From Acidobacteriota bacterium (GTDB lineage Bacteria > Acidobacteriota > Thermoanaerobaculia > Multivoradales > Multivoraceae): a stretch of DNA of 49,132 nucleotides. Position numbers and translations under genes: made by a program. Positions 29,489 through 42,709 of the stretch are shown here, one piece after another. The notes under the pieces are model-generated. The model was not told the origin of the DNA. It saw nothing but the letters and a program-made list of their open reading frames with translations, and did not search any database. Where the stretch lies: the NCBI GenBank assembly GCA_011523565.1, contig WTGL01000027.1:2932-52063 (forward strand). The letters are read 5' to 3'. Numbering within the stretch: the first letter of the stretch is position 1; every line of letters begins with the position of its first letter.

Positions 29489-30514
29489 TCATAGGGCCGT
29501 GTAGACCAGCCCGTCCCGCTCTTCCGACCGCCTGTCTCCGGTTCGGCCCCAGTCGGCCGGTGTGACGAGCTGGCCGTGCACCTCGAGCCCGGGCGGCACC
29601 TGAACTCCCGGCGCCACGATCGTGCCGTGGACCAGGGCTCCTTCGCCGATCCGGGCGCCGGGCATCAGCAGACTCCGCTCCGCCAGCGAGCCGGCGCCCA
29701 GGCGGCAACCGTTCTCGACGACGCTGTGCTCAACGGCCGCGCCGCTGCCAACCTTGACGCCCGGGGCAATGAAGCGCCGGCGCCGCCGGCTGCCGCCGGC
29801 CGTGCGTCCCCAGTCGAGGGCGCCGTCCAGATAGCGGCGCGGGGTGCCGAGGTCGTGCCACCGGCGACGGCAGCCGAAGCCGACGATCCGGGAGCCCGCG
29901 CGCAGGAGAGGCTGGTAGAGGCCCTCGACGATGTCGTTCGAGGTCGCTGGAGACGGAACGGCGTCCAGGACACGGCGCGACAGGACGTGCAGCCCCTGGA
30001 AGGTGCGGCTCCGTCCGCGAACCGCACCGACGCGCAGGTCGCGGAGCCCCAGGACGAGCCCGCGGTGATCGACCTCCAACCCGCCGCCCAAACCCTCATC
30101 AGGAGCCCCGGGGCCAATCTGCAGGGTGACGTCGGCTCCGCTCCTGCGGTGCCGGCCAAGCAGCTCGCGAAGCGGCCAGCGGCAGAGCGAGTCGCCATTC
30201 ACCAGCACGATGTCGTCGCCCCCGGCCAGGAAGTCCCGGAGGTTGACCACCGCTCCCAGGGTCCCCAGCAGATCCCGCTCGAGGGCGAAGGTCAGGTCGA
30301 TTCCGCGTGCAACGGCTTCCGACATGAGTCCCTGCCGCACGGACTCCGAGAGGTGGTGCAGGTTGACCGCGGTTTCGCAGCCGGCGCGGTGGAGGATCTC
30401 GATCGTGCGCATCGCCACCGCCCGACCGGCAACCGGCAGCAGCGGTTTGGCCAGCGCGCCGGTCAGCGGCCGGAGCCGTTCGCCCCGTCCGGCGCAGAAC
30501 ACGAGCGCCCGCAC
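29489..30514 (-). CDS. NDP-sugar synthase / sugar-1-phosphate nucleotidyltransferase with C-terminal left-handed beta-helix
   Basis: RALVFCAGRGERLRPLT...KPLLPV, LGTLGA, NGD, WHDLGTPRRY, then hexapeptide-like repeats. Start placed at GTG 30514. Confidence 0.85.
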   Translation of the reverse strand: MRALVFCAGRGERLRPLTGALAKPLLPVAGRAVAMRTIEILHRAGCETAVNLHHLSESVRQGLMSEAVARGIDLTFALERDLLGTLGAVVNLRDFLAGGDDIVLVNGDSLCRWPLRELLGRHRRSGADVTLQIGPGAPDEGLGGGLEVDHRGLVLGLRDLRVGAVRGRSRTFQGLHVLSRRVLDAVPSPATSNDIVEGLYQPLLRAGSRIVGFGCRRRWHDLGTPRRYLDGALDWGRTAGGSRRRRRFIAPGVKVGSGAAVEHSVVENGCRLGAGSLAERSLLMPGARIGEGALVHGTIVAPGVQVPPGLEVHGQLVTPADWGRTGDRRSEERDGLVYTAL

Positions 30515-30531
30515 CCGCCGGCTCTCGCGCC

Positions 30532-31107
30532 TCACTGTGTGAAGACCATGTCCCGCGGCAGATCCCGCCGGCCCTCGCGGTAGGTCCGGTAGAGCGCCAG
30601 GTAGTCCTCCGGCACCGCCCGCCCGGCATCGAGCCCGCAGCGCCGGCAGACCTGCTCGATCCGGTCCGGCGGCAAGTCGCCGGCCAACTCCTCCACCTCC
30701 ACGAAGCCGCCCATGGGGGTGCGGTCGAGCGCGACCTCGCAACCGAGCAGCCGCCACGTCTCGCGGACCTTCTCGTACCGTGCGGCGACGGCGAATCCCA
30801 GGGACTGCAGCACGAGCCGGGCGGCCTCCGGGTCGTCGACCGCGACCTCATGTTCCAGCCGTTCCTTGACGCCGCCCTCAAAGCGTGGAGCCGACTTGAA
30901 GGTCAGCCGGCTGCCGGCGCCGTCGGTGCGCAGACGAAGCAGCTCGCCGCGGGACCGCAGCCTCCGGTTCACCGGCTGGTCGACTCGATCGAACACCAGG
31001 TTCCTTTCCAGCGAAGCCGGGCGGTGAAGATCGGCGCCCGCCGCGAGCAGCCGCTCCCGGACGGCGTCCAGGTCGCTCACGGGGATCTTGATCTCGCGCT
31101 CGTTCAA
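30532..31107 (-). CDS. CYTH-domain protein (class IV adenylate cyclase family)
   Basis: EREIK (ExExK), LLRLR, LTFK, RLEHE, YEKVRETW, VALD, FVEVE. Start placed at TTG 31107. Confidence 0.88.
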   Translation of the reverse strand: MNEREIKIPVSDLDAVRERLLAAGADLHRPASLERNLVFDRVDQPVNRRLRSRGELLRLRTDGAGSRLTFKSAPRFEGGVKERLEHEVAVDDPEAARLVLQSLGFAVAARYEKVRETWRLLGCEVALDRTPMGGFVEVEELAGDLPPDRIEQVCRRCGLDAGRAVPEDYLALYRTYREGRRDLPRDMVFTQ

Positions 31108-32507
31108 GCTCCCGGATCGACGGAACCCACCCGGTCGAGTACGCGAACGATCGTGCGAATGCCCTGGTAGAAGTTGACGAGGTCCATCTTCTCGTTCGGC
31201 GCGTGCAGCCGGTCGTCGGAGAGGCCGAATCCAATCAGCAGGACCGGCGCGGCCAGCACCTCCGACAGCGTCGAGACGATCGGAATCGAACCGCCTTCCC
31301 GAACCCGGACCGGAGCACGGCCCCAGGCCTCCTCCACGCCCACGAGAGCCGCATCGACGAGCGGCCCTTCGAGGTCGACGAGCACGGGCGGGGCTCCGTT
31401 CAGGTGATCCACCTCCACCTCGATGCCGGGGGGAGCCGACGCTCGCAGGTGCTCGGCGAGGGCCCTGAAGATCCGATCCGGTTCCTGGTCGGGAACGAGG
31501 CGCATGGAGACCTTGGCGCCAGCGCGGTTGGCGATCACCGTCTTGGCGCCCGGGCCCTGATAGCCGCCCCAGATCCCGTTGACATCGCACGTCGGCCGGG
31601 CCCAGACCCTCTCCAGGGTCGTGTAGCCGGCCTCGCCCCACAAGGCGGTGGCGCCGATCTCGTCGCCGTACTTCGTCTCGTCGAACGGCAGCGCGGCGAA
31701 TGCCGAGCGCTCGCCCGCGGCCAGTGGCCGCACGTCGTCGTAGAAGCCGGGGATCAGAATCCGGCCGTCCTCGGGGTCGCGCAGCCCGGCCAGCATCGTC
31801 GCCAGCGCGTTGAGCGGATTCGCCACCGCACCGCCGAACGTGCCGGAGTGGAGATCCCGGGCCGCTCCCCGGACCCGGACCTCGGTGTAGAGCAGCCCCT
31901 TCAGGCCGTAGAGAACGGACGGCTGGCCCGGTCCGTACATCGAGGTGTCCGAGACCAGCGCCAGGTCGCAGCCGAGCCGTTCGGCTGCCGGACTTCGGAC
32001 ATAGGCCTCGATCGACTCGCCGCCGCATTCCTCCTCGCCTTCGATCAGGAACTTCACGTTGACCGGCAGACTGCCGGTCTCCGCCATCAGGGCCTCGACC
32101 GCCTTGATGTGGGTGAAGGACTGGCCCTTGTCGTCCGTGGCGCCCCGGGCCACGATCCGTTCGCCGCGCTCGCCGGTCTCGATGGTCGGCTCGAACGGCT
32201 CGTGACGCCACTCGTTAAGGGGGTCCACCGGCTGCACGTCGTAGTGGCCGTAGAACAGAACGGTGGGACGGCCGGGAGCGCCAAGCCACTCGCCGTAGAC
32301 CAGCGGATGGCCCGCGGTCTCGACGATCTCCGTGTCCAGGCCGGCGGCCTTCAGCCGTTCCTCGACGAATCCGGCGCAGCGCCGCACCTCTCCGGTGTAA
32401 GCGGGGTCCGTCGAGATGGACGGGATCCGGAGGTACTCCTTCAACTGCTCGAGGCTGGCCCCGGTTTCCCGGTCCACCCTCTCCAGAACGGCGTCGATGC
32501 TCACCAT
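31104..32507 (-). CDS. M20 family dipeptidase
   Basis: LRIPSIS, YGHYDVQP, ARGATDDKG, EGEEECG, DLHSG, GGSIP, HAPNE. Confidence 0.92.
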   Translation of the reverse strand: MVSIDAVLERVDRETGASLEQLKEYLRIPSISTDPAYTGEVRRCAGFVEERLKAAGLDTEIVETAGHPLVYGEWLGAPGRPTVLFYGHYDVQPVDPLNEWRHEPFEPTIETGERGERIVARGATDDKGQSFTHIKAVEALMAETGSLPVNVKFLIEGEEECGGESIEAYVRSPAAERLGCDLALVSDTSMYGPGQPSVLYGLKGLLYTEVRVRGAARDLHSGTFGGAVANPLNALATMLAGLRDPEDGRILIPGFYDDVRPLAAGERSAFAALPFDETKYGDEIGATALWGEAGYTTLERVWARPTCDVNGIWGGYQGPGAKTVIANRAGAKVSMRLVPDQEPDRIFRALAEHLRASAPPGIEVEVDHLNGAPPVLVDLEGPLVDAALVGVEEAWGRAPVRVREGGSIPIVSTLSEVLAAPVLLIGFGLSDDRLHAPNEKMDLVNFYQGIRTIVRVLDRVGSVDPGA

Positions 32508-32525
32508 GGCCCTATCCCGTTCCGG

Positions 32526-33185
32526 TCACTCGTCGTCGAAGCTGCGGCCCGTCTTCTCCCAGTCGGCCAGGAACCGGTTCAGACCGATGTCCGTCAACGG
32601 GTGACGGTAGAGCTGACTCAGCGTCTTGAACGGCAAGGTGATGACGTCGGCGCCCATCTCCGCCGACAACACCACGTGAACCGGATGGCGGGCGGAAGCC
32701 ACCAGGACCTCGGTCTCGAAGTCGTAGTGGGAGTAGATCGCGATCACCTGCCGGATCAGGTCCATGCCGTCCTGGGCGATGTCGTCCAGCCGGCCGACGA
32801 AGGGTGAGATGTAGGCGGCTCCCGCCTTGCCCGCCAACAGAGCCTGGGACGGCGAGAAGCAGAGGGTCACGTTGCAGCGGATGCCCTCGGCGGCCAGACG
32901 GCGCACCGCGGTGAGTCCCGGTGGGCCGAGCGGCACCTTGACCACCACGTTGTCGGCGAGGCCGGCCAGACGGCGGCCCTGCTCGAGCATTCCTTCGAGG
33001 TCGGTGGCGAGCACTTCGCCGCTCACCGGACCCGGCACGAGTTCCGCGACCTCGCGAACCGTCGGCAGGTACGGCTTGCCCTGCTTGGCGATCAGGCTCG
33101 GGTTGGTCGTCACGCCGTCGACCATGCCCCAGTCGAGGCCGGTCTCGATCTCTCCAATGTCCGCGGTGTCGAGAAAGAACTTCAT
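32526..33185 (-). CDS. fsa: Fructose-6-phosphate aldolase / short-type transaldolase
   Basis: [43 protein letters not shown]. Confidence 0.92.
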   Translation of the reverse strand: MKFFLDTADIGEIETGLDWGMVDGVTTNPSLIAKQGKPYLPTVREVAELVPGPVSGEVLATDLEGMLEQGRRLAGLADNVVVKVPLGPPGLTAVRRLAAEGIRCNVTLCFSPSQALLAGKAGAAYISPFVGRLDDIAQDGMDLIRQVIAIYSHYDFETEVLVASARHPVHVVLSAEMGADVITLPFKTLSQLYRHPLTDIGLNRFLADWEKTGRSFDDE

Positions 33186-33268
33186 GCGTGAATCTCTCCT
33201 GAAGCGGCTTGCATGAGAAAATCCTGCTTCCTGTGTGTCAGCGCGGCGCGGACGCCGCGACTCGACTC

Positions 33269-35833
33269 CTAGTTGATCGGCTCCGTGTCTTCGGCGCCCT
33301 CGGCCCCGGCGGCGCCGTCCTCTTCGTCCTCCTCGCCGCGATCCGGAATCCGGGCCAGGGCGACGATGCGGTCGCCGTCGTCCAGGTCCATCACCTTGAC
33401 GCCCTGGGTGGCGCGGCCGATGAGGGACACGCTGCCCGCGGTAATGCGGATGATCTTCCCTTCCCGCGTGATCAGCATCAGACCCGTGTCGTCCGCCACC
33501 TCCCGGACCCCGACGACCGAGCCGGTCCGGCCCGAGACCTTGAGGTTGATGAGCCCGAGGCCGCCCCTCGACTGGCGGCGGTACTCGTCGAGCGCCGTCC
33601 GCTTGCCGAAGCCGTTCTCGCTGACAGTGAGCAGCGTCGTCTCCGGTGCCGCAGGCTCCTCAGCCGCCGGCGCCTGGGGGAGCAAGCACTCCATCGAGAC
33701 AACCCGGTCACCCCGCCGGAGCCTGATCCCTCGCACACCCCGCGCGACCCGACCCATGGGGCGCAGATCGCGGTCGCGAAAGCGAACCGAGTAACCCTGC
33801 CGCGTCGCCAGAACCAGGTCGCTGCCGTCATCGGTCACCTTGACCGTCAGCAGCCGGTCGCCTTCGGCGATCCTGAGCGCGATGATCCCGCTGGGGCGGG
33901 GGCGCGAGTAGTGCGACAGCGCCGTTCTCTTCACGACGCCGGCCTCGCTGGCGAAGGTCACGTAGCGATCTTCCGGGAACTCGCGCACGGACACGGTGGC
34001 GGCAACCGTTTCGCCGGCGTCGAGACGCAGCAGGTTGACGATCGCCTTGCCCCGCGCCGCCGGGCCCATCTGGGGAATCTGGTGCACCTTGAGCCAGTAG
34101 CAGTGGCCCCGGTCGGTGAACACGAGGACATAGCTGTGGGCCGAGGCGACGTAGAGCTGCTCCACGAAGTCGCCGTCCCGCGTCGCCATGCCGGTGCGGC
34201 CCTTGCCGCCGCGATGCTGGGAGCGGTACAGGCTGAGCGGGGAGCGCTTGACGTAGCCCAACCGCGTCACCGTGATCACCATGTCCTCGTCGGCGATCAT
34301 GTCCTCGATCGTGATGTCCGACGAGTAGGCCATGATCTCGGTGCGGCGCGGGTCGCTGTAGCGCCGTTCGATCGCGTCGAGTTCGCCCCGGATCTCGGCC
34401 AGCAGCAGCTCGTCCGACCCCAGGATGGCGCGCAGGCGGCCGATCTCGGCGAGCAGCTCGCCGTACTCCTCCTGGATCTTCTCGCGCTCGAGCCCCGTCA
34501 ACCGCTGCAGTCGCATGTCCAGGATCGCCTGCGCCTGGCGATCGGTCAGCGCGAAGTTCGAGCTCAGGCGCGTCCGCGCCTCCGGCGGGGTGTGGCTGGC
34601 CCGAATCGTGGCGATCACCTCGTCCAGATGGTCGAGAGCGATGAGCAGACCCTCGAGGATGTGCGCGCGCAGCTCGGCCCGCGCCAACTCGTGGCGGCAT
34701 CGCCGGATGACGACCGTGCGGCGGTGGTCCAGGAAGTGGCGCAGCAACTCGCGCAGGGTCAGCACCTGGGGCTGGCTGTCGACGATCGCCAGCATGTTCA
34801 TGCCGTAGCTGACCTGGAGCTTGCTCATCTTGTAGAGCGTGTTGAGGATGACTTCGGCGACCTCGCCCCGCTTCAGGTCGATCACGATGCGGATGCCGTC
34901 GCGATCGGACTCGTCGCGGAGATCGCGGATGCCCTCGAGCTTCTTCTCGCGTACCAGTTCGGCGATCCGTTCGATCAGCCGCGCCTTGTTCACCTGGTAG
35001 GGAATCTCGGAGACGATGATCGACTGGCGGTCCGAACCCCGGTCGACGATGTCGGCACGGGCCCGCACCTGAATCGAGCCGCGGCCGGTCTCGTAGGCGC
35101 TGCGAATGCCGTCGCGCCCGTGGATGAACCCTCCGGTCGGGAAGTCCGGACCGGGCAGGATCTCCATCAGTTCGTCCAGTGAGGCCTGGGGACGGTCGAT
35201 CAGCAGTTTGACCGCCGCGATCGCTTCGCCGAGGTTGTGGGGCGGGATGTTCGTCGCCATGCCGACCGCGATACCGGCGGAACCGTTCACCAGGAGGTTC
35301 GGGATGCGGGCCGGCAGGGGCGAGGGCTCCTGCTCCGAGCCGTCGTAGTTCGGCACCCAGTCGACCGTGTCCTTGTCGATGTCCTCGCGCAGCATCTCCT
35401 CGGCGATCCGGGTGAGGCGCACCTCCGTGTAGCGCATCGCGGCCGGGTTGTCGCCGTCGATCGAACCGAAGTTGCCCTGGCCGTCGACCAGGGGGTAGCG
35501 CATGGAGAAGTCCTGCGCGAGACGCACGACCGTGTCGTAGATCGGACCGTCGCCGTGGGGGTGGTACTTGCCCATCACGTCGCCGACGATCCGGGCCGAC
35601 TTCTTGTACGCGCGACCCGCCGTGTTGCCGGCCTCCCACATGCCGTAGAGAACGCGCCGGTGAACCGGTTTCAGACCGTCCCGCACATCGGGCAGGGCGC
35701 GGCCGATGATCACGCTCATCGCGTAGTCGAGATAGCTCCGGCGCATCTCGCGCTCGAGCTGGACGGGCACGGTCTGGCGGTCCGGGGCCGGCCGCTCCGG
35801 GGGCGGCGTGATGGGGGGTTCGTCCTTGCTCAC
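33269..35833 (-). CDS. gyrA: DNA gyrase subunit A
   Basis: [31 protein letters not shown], and the GyrA-box QHRGGKG. Confidence 0.98.
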   Translation of the reverse strand: MSKDEPPITPPPERPAPDRQTVPVQLEREMRRSYLDYAMSVIIGRALPDVRDGLKPVHRRVLYGMWEAGNTAGRAYKKSARIVGDVMGKYHPHGDGPIYDTVVRLAQDFSMRYPLVDGQGNFGSIDGDNPAAMRYTEVRLTRIAEEMLREDIDKDTVDWVPNYDGSEQEPSPLPARIPNLLVNGSAGIAVGMATNIPPHNLGEAIAAVKLLIDRPQASLDELMEILPGPDFPTGGFIHGRDGIRSAYETGRGSIQVRARADIVDRGSDRQSIIVSEIPYQVNKARLIERIAELVREKKLEGIRDLRDESDRDGIRIVIDLKRGEVAEVILNTLYKMSKLQVSYGMNMLAIVDSQPQVLTLRELLRHFLDHRRTVVIRRCRHELARAELRAHILEGLLIALDHLDEVIATIRASHTPPEARTRLSSNFALTDRQAQAILDMRLQRLTGLEREKIQEEYGELLAEIGRLRAILGSDELLLAEIRGELDAIERRYSDPRRTEIMAYSSDITIEDMIADEDMVITVTRLGYVKRSPLSLYRSQHRGGKGRTGMATRDGDFVEQLYVASAHSYVLVFTDRGHCYWLKVHQIPQMGPAARGKAIVNLLRLDAGETVAATVSVREFPEDRYVTFASEAGVVKRTALSHYSRPRPSGIIALRIAEGDRLLTVKVTDDGSDLVLATRQGYSVRFRDRDLRPMGRVARGVRGIRLRRGDRVVSMECLLPQAPAAEEPAAPETTLLTVSENGFGKRTALDEYRRQSRGGLGLINLKVSGRTGSVVGVREVADDTGLMLITREGKIIRITAGSVSLIGRATQGVKVMDLDDGDRIVALARIPDRGEEDEEDGAAGAEGAEDTEPIN

Positions 35834-35843
35834 GGCCGGCCGA

Positions 35844-38369
<2,526 letters not shown>

Positions 38370-38437
38370 TCAGTGCAATCTGTAAGTGCCTGAAAACAGG
38401 CGCTTTATGGCGTCGTGCGGCGAGCCGCTCCGGGCAG

Positions 38438-39550
38438 CTAGAGCCGCATCGGCATGATCACGCAGAGGTAGCGTGAATCGGCGCCTTCGACGGGGTGTGC
38501 GAGGCACTGGCTGTTCTCGTCCTTCAGCGCGAACTCGACCCGGTCCGTATCCACTGCGCCCAGGAAGTCGCGCACGTAGCCGGGGTTCAGACCGATCTCC
38601 AGATTCTCCGCCTCATAGTCGCATTCGAGCGTCTCTTCGGCCTCGCCAAGGTCCGGATTCGACGACGACACGAGCAGCGACCCTTCATCGAACTTCAGCC
38701 TCACCATCGGCGCGCGGTCGCCGGTCAACAGCGAAACCCGATGGACGACCCCCGACAGTTCCTGCCGGTCGAAGGACGCCTTCCTGTCGTTGTCCTTCGA
38801 GATGACCTTCTCGTAGTCCGGGAAGGTGCCTTCGAGGATGCGGCAGGTCAACTCGCGACGCCCGATCACGAAGGCGAGGTGATGCTCGCCGCGGCGAAAC
38901 GTGGCGCTCTCGTCACTGTCGAAGCGCATCAACTCCAGCAGCGCCTTGCGCGGAGCCAGCACGCCGTCCGCCTCGGCGACGCCCGGCATCTCCGCCTCGA
39001 TCAGGGCCAGACGATGGCCGTCCGTGGCCACCAATTCGACCGCGCCATCCTTGAGCTTGAGCAACGCGCCGTTCAACTGGAACCGCGACTCTTCGGCGGA
39101 AACCGCGAAGATGACCTTGCCGATCATCCGCTTGAGGTCGCCGAAGGGCGCCTCGAAGGTGGCCGAAGCCGACTCGGGATCGACCGAGGCCAGGGTCGGA
39201 AAGTCCTCGGCCGAGAGACCGTTGATGCGGAATCGCGACGAAGCGGCGGCGATGTGAAGCGAGTTCGACTCGCCCGTCGACAGCTCCACCGCACCGTCGT
39301 CGAGAGCGCGGACGATTTCCAGGAGCTTGCGGGCCTGAACGGCTGTGGCGCCCGGTTCACAGGACCCTTCCTCAGCCGCGCACGAGGACGTGAGCGAAAC
39401 GTCGAGGTCGGTGGCCGCCAGTTCCAGCCGGTCGTCGCGGACCCGCAACAGGAGATGGGAAAGGACCGGAATCGTGGACCTGCTCTCGACGATGCCGCGC
39501 ATCGCAGCGAGTTCGGTCAGCAGTTCTCTCCGTTCAACCCTGGTCTTCAT
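38438..39550 (-). CDS. dnaN: DNA polymerase III beta sliding clamp
   Basis: STIPVLSH, ATDLDV, VATDGHRLA, GTFPDY, C-terminal VIMPMRL. Confidence 0.97.
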   Translation of the reverse strand: MKTRVERRELLTELAAMRGIVESRSTIPVLSHLLLRVRDDRLELAATDLDVSLTSSCAAEEGSCEPGATAVQARKLLEIVRALDDGAVELSTGESNSLHIAAASSRFRINGLSAEDFPTLASVDPESASATFEAPFGDLKRMIGKVIFAVSAEESRFQLNGALLKLKDGAVELVATDGHRLALIEAEMPGVAEADGVLAPRKALLELMRFDSDESATFRRGEHHLAFVIGRRELTCRILEGTFPDYEKVISKDNDRKASFDRQELSGVVHRVSLLTGDRAPMVRLKFDEGSLLVSSSNPDLGEAEETLECDYEAENLEIGLNPGYVRDFLGAVDTDRVEFALKDENSQCLAHPVEGADSRYLCVIMPMRL

Positions 39551-39559
39551 CTACGCTCT

Positions 39560-39715
39560 CCTCAGGAAGTCAATATACACCATCCAAGTTGCCGTAGAAG
39601 GCACTGGGAACGGTTGTGTATGTGTCATATAAAGCATTGAAAATAAGCAGGTTATGTTTACGTGGTTCTGTCGGTAAGCGGCGGACTCGACAGTGGACTC
39701 GCTGTGCATTTCGGG
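39560..39715. promoter_or_regulatory. Candidate oriC segment (dnaA-dnaN intergenic region)
   Basis: A markedly AT-rich stretch for this window. Degenerate DnaA boxes at 39573-39581, 39615-39623 and 39669-39677, and an IHF-like site at 39630-39654. Confidence 0.65.
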
Positions 39716-39891
39716 ACCGTGCCGTGCTGGGCCCGGATCCGGCCCGGCCTGGGTCCGCAGAATGGCCGAAGCAGAAGCCCGCGAATCCGCCGCCGCCACG
39801 CAACTCGCTCCAGGGCGGATCCGCTGCGGTTCCGCAGGATGTTCGGTGCCGGCCGGTGCCGGGAACCGTCCCGCCGGGAGAGGGCGTCTCC

Positions 39892-41247
39892 TCAACCGAG
39901 TTGACGGGTGAAGCGTTCCAGTTGAGCGGCGAGGCGCTCGTCTTCGGCGCGGCGGCGCTCGATCTGCTCGACCGAGTACATCACCGTGGAGTGGTGCTTG
40001 CCGTTGAACAGCCTGCCGATTTCCGGGTAGGACATCTGGGTCAGCCGCTTGCAGAGGTACATCGCGATCTGTCGGGGATAGGTGATCTGCCGCGAGTTGC
40101 TCTTGCTCTTGATCTCGCGAACCTTGAGCCCGTAGTGATGGGCGACCAGCTTGACGATCTGCGCCGGGGACACCGGACGGTCCTGTTCCGGGAGGACATC
40201 GCGGAGGGCCTCCTTCGCGAAGTCCAGGTCGAGACGCGCGCCGGAGAGCGACGCGAAGGCGGTGACGCGGTTGAGCAGCCCTTCGAGCTCGCGCACGTTG
40301 GAGTGCACCTGGCGGGCGATGAACAGGGCGACGTCGGTATCGAGATCGAGGCTCTGCATTTGTCGGGCCTTGCGCTGGAGAATGGCCACCTTCGTCTCGA
40401 GGTCCGGGGCCTGGATGTCCGCAAGCAGACCGGAGCCGAAACGACTCCGGAGCCGCTCTTCCATGTCGGCCAGATCCCGCGGCTGCGCGTCGGACGTGAC
40501 GATGATCTGCTTCTGGCGCGTGTAGAGCACGTTGAAGGTGTGGAAGAACTCCTCCTGCGATCGCTCCTTCCTGGCCAGGAACTGAATGTCGTCGACCAGA
40601 AGGACATCGATCGTCCGGTAGCGCTCCCGAAAGGCGGGCATCCGCTCGAACCGGATCGACGTGATCAGATCGTTCACGAAGTCCTCGGCGGCCAGGTAGA
40701 CGACGCGCGTACCGGGCAGGGTGCGGCGGAGCCGGTTCCCGATCGCGTGCAGGAGGTGGGTCTTGCCCAGACCTACGCCGCCGTAGAGGAAGAGGGGGTT
40801 GTAGGCGATTCCGGGCTTCTCCGCCACCGCCTGGGACGCGGCGCAGGCGAACCGGTTCGAGTTGCCGATCACGAAGGAGTCGAAGCGGTATTGGGGATTG
40901 ATGGAACTCCCACTGGCCGCGTCGTCGTCGGCCGCCGGCGCTTTCGGGGGACGCGGCGCGGGCCGCGCGGTCTCCTTGATGGAGTCGCTGCTCTTGAACA
41001 GGACCTCGAAGGTAGGCCCCTTGAGATCGGCGATCGCCCAGTCGACGATCGGCCGGAAGCCCTCCTCCAGCGCCGCGACGAAGCGGGAGTTCGGTGCTTC
41101 GAGGACCAGCCGTTCGGCGTCCTCGGAAGCGACCCGTAGTGGGTGGAACCAGGTCCGGAACTCCTCCGGCGGCAGGTCCGCGCGCAACTGGCGGCGTAGA
41201 GTCGGCCAGACGGAACTAGGCATGTCCCGCACTCCGTTCAGCGCCAT
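39892..41247 (-). CDS. dnaA: Chromosomal replication initiator DnaA
   Basis: YNPLFLYGGVGLGKTHL, LLVDDIQF, QEEFFHTFN, RLRSRF, NVRELEG, HHSTVMYS. Alternative start ~41224. Confidence 0.98.
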   Translation of the reverse strand: MALNGVRDMPSSVWPTLRRQLRADLPPEEFRTWFHPLRVASEDAERLVLEAPNSRFVAALEEGFRPIVDWAIADLKGPTFEVLFKSSDSIKETARPAPRPPKAPAADDDAASGSSINPQYRFDSFVIGNSNRFACAASQAVAEKPGIAYNPLFLYGGVGLGKTHLLHAIGNRLRRTLPGTRVVYLAAEDFVNDLITSIRFERMPAFRERYRTIDVLLVDDIQFLARKERSQEEFFHTFNVLYTRQKQIIVTSDAQPRDLADMEERLRSRFGSGLLADIQAPDLETKVAILQRKARQMQSLDLDTDVALFIARQVHSNVRELEGLLNRVTAFASLSGARLDLDFAKEALRDVLPEQDRPVSPAQIVKLVAHHYGLKVREIKSKSNSRQITYPRQIAMYLCKRLTQMSYPEIGRLFNGKHHSTVMYSVEQIERRRAEDERLAAQLERFTRQLG

Positions 41248-41374
41248 AGGGCGCCAGCCCCGCTTCGTCCTTCCTGTTCTCCTTCCCGAGACGCACCGAT
41301 CCCCCCGACTCCAGACGCGCGCTCACCACCTCTGTCCTAGACGTTTGCTAGGGACAAGCCGCTCCGTAGAGCTA

Positions 41375-41406
41375 TGTTCCGCAGCTTTTCCGCACAGTGT
41401 GGAAAA
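41375..41406. promoter_or_regulatory. DnaA-box cluster upstream of dnaA
   Basis: TGTTCCGCA at 41375-41383, TTTTCCGCA at 41386-41394, and TGTGGAAAA at 41398-41406 (reverse complement TTTTCCACA, one mismatch to TTATCCACA). Confidence 0.65.
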
Positions 41407-41608
41407 ACTCGGGACGACCGGCGCCGAAACTGGCGGTTCTCGGCCAAGCAGGCGTCCAGTGGTTTCAGGCCGGGCGGTCTCCGTTGCGCGAGAAGGGCAG
41501 GATAGCAGCGGGCCCACGCGGGAACAAGAGGTTTCGGACCACTTTCTTCATCTTTTCTTGACGGTCGGGCGGTCGTCTGGCGGCCTCGGCCGGCCTAGGC
41601 TCTGACCC

Positions 41609-42709
41609 ATGTTGCAGTTAGTCCCTCCGGAGCGGCTCAGGGACGGGCTCCTGCACTGGTTTGACCGCTGGCGCCGCGACCTGCCGTGGCGTCGATCCGA
41701 GGATCCCTATGAGGTTCTGGTTGCGGAAGTCATGCTCCAGCAGACCCGCAGCGAGGTCGTGGCTTCGCGCTATCCGGGCTTCCTCGAGGGCTTCCCGACG
41801 CTCGATGCGATGGCCGAAGCCACGGTCGAGGAGGTGGAGGCAGCCTGGTCGGGCCTCGGCTACTACCGCCGGGCGCGGAACCTCCATCGTGCGGCCCGCA
41901 TCCTGGCCCGACGTGCCGAGCTTCCCGGGAGCGCCGCGGAATGGAGCCAGTTGCCCGGCGTGGGCCCCTACACGTCGGCGCTGCTCGCCAGCCGTCTGCA
42001 CGGTGAATGCGTGCCGGTGCTCGACGGCAACGTGGAGCGCGTGCTGAGCCGGTTCCTGGCTTCCCCGTTGCCGCCCAGGCGGGCCGAGACCCGGCGGATC
42101 CTGCTAGCGACCGCGGCGAGGCTCCTGGACCCGGAACGTCCCGGCGACTCGAATCAGGCCTTGATGGAGGTGGGATCGCTCGTCTGCCGGCACAGGCGCC
42201 CGGACTGCGGCGCCTGTCCGCTTTCTCCTGGATGTGCGGCCTTCAGCACCGCCGGACTGGATCCCCGGGACTATCCCGGCAGAGCTCGGGGTCGAGCTCG
42301 GGAGACCGTTCACTGCTTCACGGCCGTGGTCAGGAGGGATGGCGGCCTGCTGCTGCACCGCCGTCCCGGTGACGCGGAGTGGCTGGCCGGCCGCTGGCAC
42401 CTGCCGACGGTCGAACTGGAGAGGGGGGACGAGTCCGCGAGCGAGTCGGCGGCGCTGCTCGGCGAGGCGTTCGGGGGCGACTGGGAATGCGAGGATGGCG
42501 CCGTCGTTCGTCACGCGGTGACCTACCGGGACTTCTTCGTTCGGGTGGCTGTCGCCCGGTGGCGGCCTGACCCGGGGTTCGAGGTACCTTGCCCGCGGTC
42601 GGCCGCGGGTGAACTCGGGTGGTTCGCTCCGGAGGAGATCGACGAGCTGCCGACCTCGTCGCTGCTCCGCAAGTCGCTGGCTTCCATCCCAATACACTCC
42701 GGGCCATGA
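41609..42709 (+). CDS. mutY: A/G-specific adenine glycosylase
   Basis: RDLPWR, EVMLQQT, WSGLGYYRRARNL, LPGVGPYT, DGNVERV, 4Fe-4S motif C-x6-C-x2-C-x5-C, NUDIX-like tail. Confidence 0.95.
   Translation: MLQLVPPERLRDGLLHWFDRWRRDLPWRRSEDPYEVLVAEVMLQQTRSEVVASRYPGFLEGFPTLDAMAEATVEEVEAAWSGLGYYRRARNLHRAARILARRAELPGSAAEWSQLPGVGPYTSALLASRLHGECVPVLDGNVERVLSRFLASPLPPRRAETRRILLATAARLLDPERPGDSNQALMEVGSLVCRHRRPDCGACPLSPGCAAFSTAGLDPRDYPGRARGRARETVHCFTAVVRRDGGLLLHRRPGDAEWLAGRWHLPTVELERGDESASESAALLGEAFGGDWECEDGAVVRHAVTYRDFFVRVAVARWRPDPGFEVPCPRSAAGELGWFAPEEIDELPTSSLLRKSLASIPIHSGP

Noticed and set aside
41333-41356. Small imperfect inverted repeat TGTCCTAG...CTAGGGACA in the dnaA leader
   Set aside because: It is short, occurs once and has no supporting context.
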